In this document: one piece after another, positions 58,701 to 64,000 of the stretch
Position numbering within the stretch: the stretch's first letter is position 1
How the letters are laid out: every line of letters starts with the position of its first letter
Assembly: GCF_001194135.2 (NCBI RefSeq)
Contig: NC_068984.1
Location: forward strand, 121,741,244 to 121,805,243
Direction of reading: 5' to 3'
Source of the DNA: Octopus bimaculoides
Taxonomy: Eukaryota
Length of the DNA: 64,000 bases
Position numbers and translations under genes: made by a program
Notes under the pieces: generated by a model
Database searches by the model: none
Told to the model about the DNA's origin: nothing
What the model saw: the letters and a program-made list of their open reading frames with translations, nothing else

Positions 58701-60770
58701 AACCTCTGATCTAGCCTAACTCCAGGCTTGAGAGTGTCTTGATTAGTATCAGCCTCTCGTTAGAGCTCTGTTGGTGATCAACAGCCTCACAAATTTTATT
58801 ACAATGTGAACAATGTCTTCAAGCTAGTTATGTTGTAATTGGAGCTAAAATTGTGAAATATTCACTTATTAGGAGCAAAGAAAACAATAAAATAAAACAA
58901 ACTTGAGTCATAAGAGGCTGAACCTTCCAAGAAATGATAAAACCCCAGTTTGAAGCATCAGAACTCATATCTCCTTAGCATATTAACTTAGCTTATTTTA
59001 CAATGTTTTCAGTAGCTGTTAACAAGAGACTGTTGCTAAAATGTGATTTCTTTTTTACCTTTAAATTTCTGATGGTCATAATCATTATCATCATAACCCT
59101 TTAAGCATTCAGATTACTCTGTCAAATCTAATGCTTATTTATTCACATTGTTCAGTGATAATCAAGCACTATCTCATAGCATTAAGATTTCAATGATTTG
59201 ACAGGCTGGATCCGGCTGGCTTGAACATAAAACAGATTGGATATTTGGACCAGATATGGCTGGTTTAAGTGCTAAAGGGTTAATGTCTGCTTATCCATGC
59301 TTGCAATGAGACAATAAGTGTAAGAGTAAAATCCACCTGAATGAAGCTTGAAATGTTCTCTTGGAAAAAAAATGTAATTGTTTATTGTTAACCCTTTAGC
59401 TTTCAGATTACTCTATCAAATAATATGTTTATTTATTCTCATTGTTTTAAATTAATTATGCATTATCTCATAACTTTGAGATTTTGATGATGCATCTGTT
59501 TATGTTTAGAATATCATTGTAGGGTAGGTGAGAGAGGCTGGATCTGGATGGTTTGAACATAAAACAGGGAGAATATTTAGGCAGGATATGGTCAGTTTGA
59601 ATGCCTAAGGATTAAATAATGATGTATAACAGTAATGTAGTTAAATTACTGACCAAACAGTCAGGTAATCAATCCTTACCACCAGTACTATTACTACTGA
59701 GGTTAAAGTACAATATAATTACATTATATGAAATAATAACTTATAATACTGGCACCTAAGGTCTTGGATTGACCATAATTCACAACTGGTATTTATTGAT
59801 CTTGGAGGAATGAAAGTTAAAGTTGACCAATATGATAATAATAGTACTCAGAATATAATGAGACAGAACTAGACACGGATAGGCAATTATTCCAATTACC
59901 TAGTATCTATAATGGTTGTAAACACAGTTTATAATAAGTAGATAGTTATGTATCATTTACTAAGATATATATCAATCACTAAGACAACAAGCGACCAGCT
60001 GTGCACCTGTATGGTTATGCCTGTCTATACTGCAACCTCTTACAAAACTGTAAAAATGAACATGTCAGAGAAACAGTCATTGTGTCTATGTATCTGTATG
60101 TCTGTGTGTCTGAGGTAGAGATCATTATTTGTATTTGTTTTATGTTAATTTATTGTCATGCTAGTAGCACAGATGTTGTATAAAAAGAATTCATAAAGCA
60201 TGTAATCATAGATAATTATTAAAAAATTTTCCATTACTTCCTGCACATGTATCAGGACAATTACCCACCAAAGACAATTACTCCCGATAGGATAATTCTC
60301 ACTGACAGCAACTACCACCTAAGACAATTAATCCTCTTGGTTTAAGTACTAAAGGGTTAATGTCTGCTTATCCATGCTTGCAATGAGACAATAAGTGTTG
60401 TACTCTTTCACTCCAACTTTCTCTCACTCTTTCTTCCTGCGATGGACTGGCTGGTGGGGGAACACACACGCCATAGAAACTGGGAAACCGGGCCCATTAG
60501 CTTGGCTAGGCTTTAAAAGGGCGCATAAATAAATGACAATAAAATAGTACTTACCACTGTCAGGATCAGAAAATACTTCTAAACTGTCAACTGCACTTAA
60601 CTTGGGTATAGTGCTGTCAGACATATTTTCCAGCTTCTCTGGGCCAGAATCATCGAGGAAAGCTATTCTATCTGACTCCTGTTCCAGAGATGTTAACAGT
60701 GATAGATTGGTGTTGAGGTCATTGCTGAAGTCACTGATTTTGTCTGGCTTTTTAGCAGCATCTGGCAAAC
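46127..60770 (-). CDS. TRABD: TraB domain-containing protein (TRABD), 5'-partial; complement join(60555..60770,57030..57241,54254..54394,51958..52068,51687..51826,50819..50976,48415..48514,46127..46247)
   Basis: All GT-AG with matching phases (1199 nt). TraB/Tiki motifs: VYIVGTAHFS, PDIVMVELC, LGMAPGGEFRRA, LGDRPI, EERD, VVGVVGLGHIPGI; C-terminal hydrophobic tail anchor. The 5' exon was not found in the window; an internal ATG lies at 60624. Confidence 0.93.
46800..47330 (-). mobile_element. Retroposon with CT-rich body and family-F-type tail
   Basis: Homologous to 57385-57690 plus 57919-58380; shares ...catggttacccc and the cagctgtagaaac...tccaacccatg tail. Confidence 0.6.
48008..48400. mobile_element. 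hAT (Charlie-like) MITE, 393 bp, next to a TRABD donor site
   Basis: CAGAGGTTCTCAACC / GGTTGAGAAGCACTG ends; TSD ATCTAGAT / ATCCAGAT (7/8). Confidence 0.85.
48415..48514 (-). CDS. TRABD: TRABD exon (KTNPIVVGVVGLGHIPGIVQNWDKDCDIKEIM)
   Basis: 100 nt, VVGxGH motif, GTAAGT donor. Confidence 0.95.
48830..49090 (-). mobile_element. Family D/C tRNA-SINE copy
   Basis: Reverse complement of ttcttgagcaaaatacttcatttcgcattgctccagttcactgagc. Confidence 0.7.
49530..49950 (-). mobile_element. Full-length family A SINE
   Basis: Both ends present; internal (CA)n. Confidence 0.8.
50055..50355 (+). mobile_element. CpG-rich orphan retroposon-like segment with (CAA)n tail
   Basis: GC content and CpG density far above the flanks; ends gataccaacaacaacaac; no other copy seen in the window. 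Confidence 0.5.
50819..50976 (-). CDS. TRABD: TRABD exon (KEDVEMCKQKDLLEQML...EERDIFLAYSL...PDPE)
   Basis: 158 nt, ERD motif. Confidence 0.95.
51687..51826 (-). CDS. TRABD: TRABD exon (ALNIPGCDFHLGDRPIQVTLRRALQSLSWWQKL...KEPI)
   Basis: 140 nt, LGDRPI motif; absent from the ORF track and found by hand. Confidence 0.95.
51958..52068 (-). CDS. TRABD: TRABD exon (SGVVQG...LGMAPGGEFRRAFKE)
   Basis: 111 nt, PGGEF motif. Confidence 0.95.
53101..53249 (+). repeat. Minisatellite: three 30-bp units, then 24-bp units
   Basis: tacacttacattatacaaggcatactggta x3, then ttacattatacaaggcatactggta-type shorter units. Confidence 0.9.
53301..53612. mobile_element. hAT-type MITE (312 bp)
   Basis: Perfect 8-bp TSD CTCTAAAG (53293-53300, 53613-53620); degenerate TIRs. 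Confidence 0.75.
53678..53879 (-). mobile_element. piggyBac-type MITE family 1 (decayed)
   Basis: Ends aaatgctaaaGGG-TTAA. Confidence 0.75.
54254..54394 (-). CDS. TRABD: TRABD exon (TIQCVKPDIVMVELC...LSIKQ)
   Basis: 141 nt, VEL motif. Confidence 0.95.
54468..54900 (+). mobile_element. Two head-to-tail family B SINE copies
   Basis: 54468-54677 and 54708-54900, separated by (TTA)n. Confidence 0.85.
56369..56835 (-). mobile_element. Family F SINE-like retroposon with about five internal ~65-bp units
   Basis: (CAT)n tail at low coordinates, near-identical to 556-849; tandem units from ~56540 to 56830. Confidence 0.85.
57030..57241 (-). CDS. TRABD: TRABD exon (poly-Asp; ELPSTVTVLLTEHGSKVYIVGTAHFSLESQEDVAK)
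   Basis: 212 nt, GTAH motif, GT-AG ends. Confidence 0.94.
57695..57914 (+). mobile_element. piggyBac-type MITE family 1, full length
   Basis: TTAA at 57691-57694 and 57915-57918; interrupts an older retroposon. Confidence 0.88.
58390..58708. mobile_element. Decayed hAT-type MITE
   Basis: Right end TTTGAGAACCTCTG then ATCTAG; left end degenerate. Confidence 0.45.
59097..59611 (-). mobile_element. Two piggyBac-type MITE family 1 copies (59097-59279, 59392-59611)
   Basis: CCCTTT...AAAGGG-TTAA ends; same body as 30207-30427, inverted. Confidence 0.8.
60555..60770 (-). CDS. TRABD: TRABD 5'-most exon in window (LPDAAKKPDK...FSDPDS), acidic and Ser-rich
   Basis: tttttgctAG acceptor, GTAAGT donor, 216 nt open, phase 1-1, joins the next exon in frame. 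Confidence 0.75.
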
Positions 60771-61279
60771 CTAGCAAAAATTTTTTTTAAAAGCATAAGT
60801 ACATGGAAAGGTAAGAAGGTCAATTCGTTAAAACTGCAAATGGCTCAGGGAAATAATTTGACAATAAAGGAAATAAAACCACATTAAATGTAAACATTTG
60901 AAGAGAGCTTTTCATTTAGGAAACAAGTGAGGACTAGTAACAAAAATGGCATCCGGCTGTAGAAATTCTACCCCAACAAATTTCATCTAATCTATGCAAG
61001 CAAGAAAAAAAATGTATATTAAATGATAGTAACAATCAGTTTTAAGACTTGCCTGCTATTTCAAGCAGATGGAGGAACCACATGGAGACAACTTATTTGG
61101 CTTGTGTGTTTGGGTTTTTTTTAAAGTAAAAATTGTGAAGAACAATAACCATCTTCACTTCCAGTCCAGTTGTGACTAAATGTCAGGTTTTTGGCAGCTC
61201 TTTCTTTAGTTCAGCCATAATAATTTATGTCATGAAACTAGTTCTTCAGTTCAACTGGTCCTTAATTCTTTGATTAAGC

Positions 61280-61436
61280 ACAGGCATGGGTGTGTGGTAA
61301 GGAGTTTGTTTTTTTAACAACATAATATTGGATTCAGTTCCACTGAGTCGTACCTCAGGAAAATGTCATCTACTATAGCCCAAGGCTGACCAAAGCCTTG
61401 TAAGTAGATTTGAGAGACAAAAACTGAAAGAAACTC

Positions 61437-61480
<44 letters not shown>

Positions 61481-61980
61481 TGTATATGTCTTTTGTGTTT
61501 ATGTGTCCCCACCACAGCTTGAAACTGCTATTGGTTTGTTTATATAACCATAACTTAGCAGTTCTGAAAGAGATACAGATAGAATCAGTACCAGACTTTA
61601 AAAAATTAAAATTAAAATATTGGAGTTGATTTGTTTGACTAAAACCCTTCAAGGCAGTATGGGGGGCATGTAGTTTTGTGGTTAGGATGTTGGACTCATG
61701 ATCTTAAGATTGTGGTTTCAATTATTGGACAGTGTGACGTATTGTGATCTTGATCAAAACACTTCATTTCATGTTGCTCCAGTCCACTCAGCTGGCAAAA
61801 ATGAATAATCCTGCAACAGACCAGCATCCCATCCAGGTGGGTAATTTATATACCCTGGAAACCAGCCCTTATGAGTCAGCATGACTCAAAAAGGTAACTT
61901 TACCTTTTTACCTTTACCTTCAAGGCAGTCCCCTAGCATGGCTCTAGTCCAATGAGTGAATCAAAGAAAAGATAAAGATA
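61280..61980 (+). mobile_element. Family A SINE interrupted by a family D SINE (61659-61916)
   Basis: 13-bp TSD CCTTCAAGGCAGT (61646-61658, 61917-61929). Confidence 0.85.
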
Positions 61981-62569
61981 TAAAAAAGAAGGAAGAACAC
62001 TTCAAATGATGCGTGTTAAATATGCTATGTCTGATTAAAAAACAAAGAAAAAGGGGACAGGGCTACCATATCAAGGATATCTTTCATGAGAGCTAAACAA
62101 CACAGACTTGATCAGAACTGGATCAGGGCTAAACAACAACTGCAAATTAGTAGGAGAGAGGAATAAGATTGTGAAACATTCATGCTTTTTTTTAGATAAG
62201 CAACATAATAAAGCAAGGATTTATATCAATGTAAGTAAACTTAGCAAAGACTGAAGCATCAGTAAGTAGAGAAGAAGTCTGGACCATGCTACCACAAGGA
62301 AATGGCCATGCTTCATATGCAGAAAAGGCAGAGGTAGAAACTCATTTCAGTGTACCTAGTGTAAACTATGGACACAAAAGTGTTGTAGAGGAAATAGTAG
62401 ATTTTAATTAAGCAGTTAATGCTCAAGAGCATTTAAGCGTTGAGCCTTATGGAAGCAATGTGGTCAATGCCAGTGTCGCATAACTAGCACCTGTGCTAGT
62501 GTCATGCAACTAGTACCTGTGCCAGTGGCACATAAAAAAACACTTTTGAGTGTTGGACCTCACAGGGTC

Positions 62570-63414
62570 AGAAAACTGGCTGCCACAGCAAAAGTAAGCC
62601 AGACATCGATGTAGCGAGTGCTGAAGGAGGATTTCAGGACTCACTCCTAAAAGATGATCTGCTGTCATGAGCTTATGCAAGTTTATAAGGCCATGAGACA
62701 GGAGAGAAGTCGTCTTATCCTGCGTCAAATTGTTAAAGGCATGCTGCCCAACCGTGTGTTCACTGACAAAAAGAAATTTGACATCAAACAGACAGAATGA
62801 CCAACTTTGGAATGTGTCAGGCTCCATCAAGGGTAGACTCGTAAATCAATGTCAAAATCCACAGTCAGTTATGGTCTGGGTGGCTGTGACAGCCACTAGG
62901 TCTCCCCTCGTTTTTGTGCCCTCGAGTGCTAAAATTAACACCCAGTGATAGATTAGTAACATTCTTGAAGCTGAACTGCTTCCATGGGGAGATGAGCACT
63001 TTCAAGGTACATCTTGGAGCCTCCAACAGGACTTGGCACCATCCCATAGCTTCAGACAGACACAACACTGGATTCAGATAAACATTCCATCATTCATAGC
63101 CTGTCTCAACCTATTGGATTTTTCTGTTTGGTCCATTTTGGAGACAAGGATCTCCAGCACTCCTCATGCATCGCTTGACACTCTGAAGGCATAACTGCAA
63201 CAGGAATGGACTCTGACTCTGCAAGAACAGTTGCATGCTATGTGTGAAGCATTTGCACCTAGACTTAAGGCTGTGATTCAAAAAAGTGGTGGTCATGTCG
63301 AATAAATGTGGTAGTGTCATAATTGTGTTTCCTTTACCATTGCATTGAAATGTAACAATATTTTGCTTTGACAAAATTGAAAAGAGTTGGTTGACTTAAT
63401 TTGGGGAGACCCTG
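62570..63414 (+). mobile_element. maT (DD37D-like) Tc1/mariner relic, 3' part with right TIR
   Basis: Relic reads VFTDKKKFDI, PQSVMVWVAV, LQQDLAPSH, LNLLDFSVWSILE, RLKAVIQKSGGHVE*; ends ...ggggagacCCTG-TA; contains stops and a frameshift. Confidence 0.85.
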
Positions 63415-63571
63415 TATGTGTGTGTGTGTCATCATTGGCAACAGAAGCAGTATTAATACCAAAAGGCAATTTTTATATCCAATTTAACATAGATGTTTTG
63501 TTAGAATACCAAATACTGCAGAATATATATATTTCATTTATATTCATTTGACATTTCATTTATATTTGTTA

Positions 63572-63781
63572 AGGCGGCGAGCTGGCAGAATCATTTGCAT
63601 GCTAGGAAATATGCTTAGCAGCATTTCATCCATCTTTACATTCTGAGTTCAAATTCCACCAAGGTCGATGCTGCTTTCATCTTTCAGGGTTGATAAAATA
63701 AGTACCAGCCGAGCACTGGGGTCGATGTAATCGATTCAGCCCCTCCTCCAATCTTGTTGGCCTTGTGCCACAATTTGAAAT
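63572..63781 (+). mobile_element. Family B SINE copy
   Basis: ggcggcgagctggcagaatc head through tttgaaatc(att)n. Confidence 0.85.
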
Positions 63782-64000
63782 CATTATTATTGCTATTATT
63801 ATTCATGTACAAGTACATGTGTATTCATCCTTATTTTATTCAATTTTAGAAAATTTGAAGCAGGTCTTTGACAATCCCAGAGCATATTGGACTTATTTTG
63901 TACTTGACTTTTGGTCCACCTTGTATGTAGACATACGCACCTGTCTACTCAACATAAATTCAAACCATTGAGTAAATTTCTTTATTTCTTTACATAATTT

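Noticed and set aside
46127-60770. TraB as a bacterial conjugation/pheromone-shutdown gene or horizontal transfer
   Set aside because: Spliceosomal introns and eukaryotic TRABD-type sequence including the C-terminal anchor; an ordinary metazoan gene.
62563-62569. CAGGGTC as the left TIR of the maT relic
   Set aside because: Only 7 bp, no TA in front, and it overlaps the upstream SINE sequence (ggacctcacag); cannot be told from chance.
63900-64000. Candidate first coding exon of TRABD (donor-like ACAG|GTGCGT on the minus strand)
   Set aside because: The available ATG gives phase 0, whereas the 60770 exon needs phase 1; it may still be non-coding.

Overview
AT-rich, microsatellite- and SINE-dense eukaryotic DNA; the repeat families point to a coleoid cephalopod, most probably Octopus (inference). 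There are three N gaps. Two convergent multi-exon genes fill the window. On the + strand is a complete glycerol kinase 5 (GK5, FGGY family): 16 coding exons from 1712 to 42767, 1602 nt, 533 aa, all GT-AG with matching phases. On the - strand is TRABD (TraB/Tiki-like domain): 8 exons from 60770 to 46127, with the first coding exon probably outside the window. The stop codons are 3.36 kb apart. Introns hold several tRNA-derived SINE families, TTAA-flanked piggyBac-type MITEs, hAT MITEs with 8-bp TSDs, mariner, maT and pogo relics, and RTE, R4/Dong and CR1-like LINE fragments. The most interesting observations are: (1) a ~300-bp element joining a tRNA-type Pol III head to a Penelope-type minimal hammerhead ribozyme; (2) a genomic Asn (AAT) in the GK5 'DGG' ATP-binding motif that one A-to-I edit would restore to Asp; (3) a long intronic hairpin 260 nt upstream of that codon; (4) a SINE carrying a variable-number array of hairpin units. 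Most other ORFs in the supplied track are artefacts of microsatellites or repeats.
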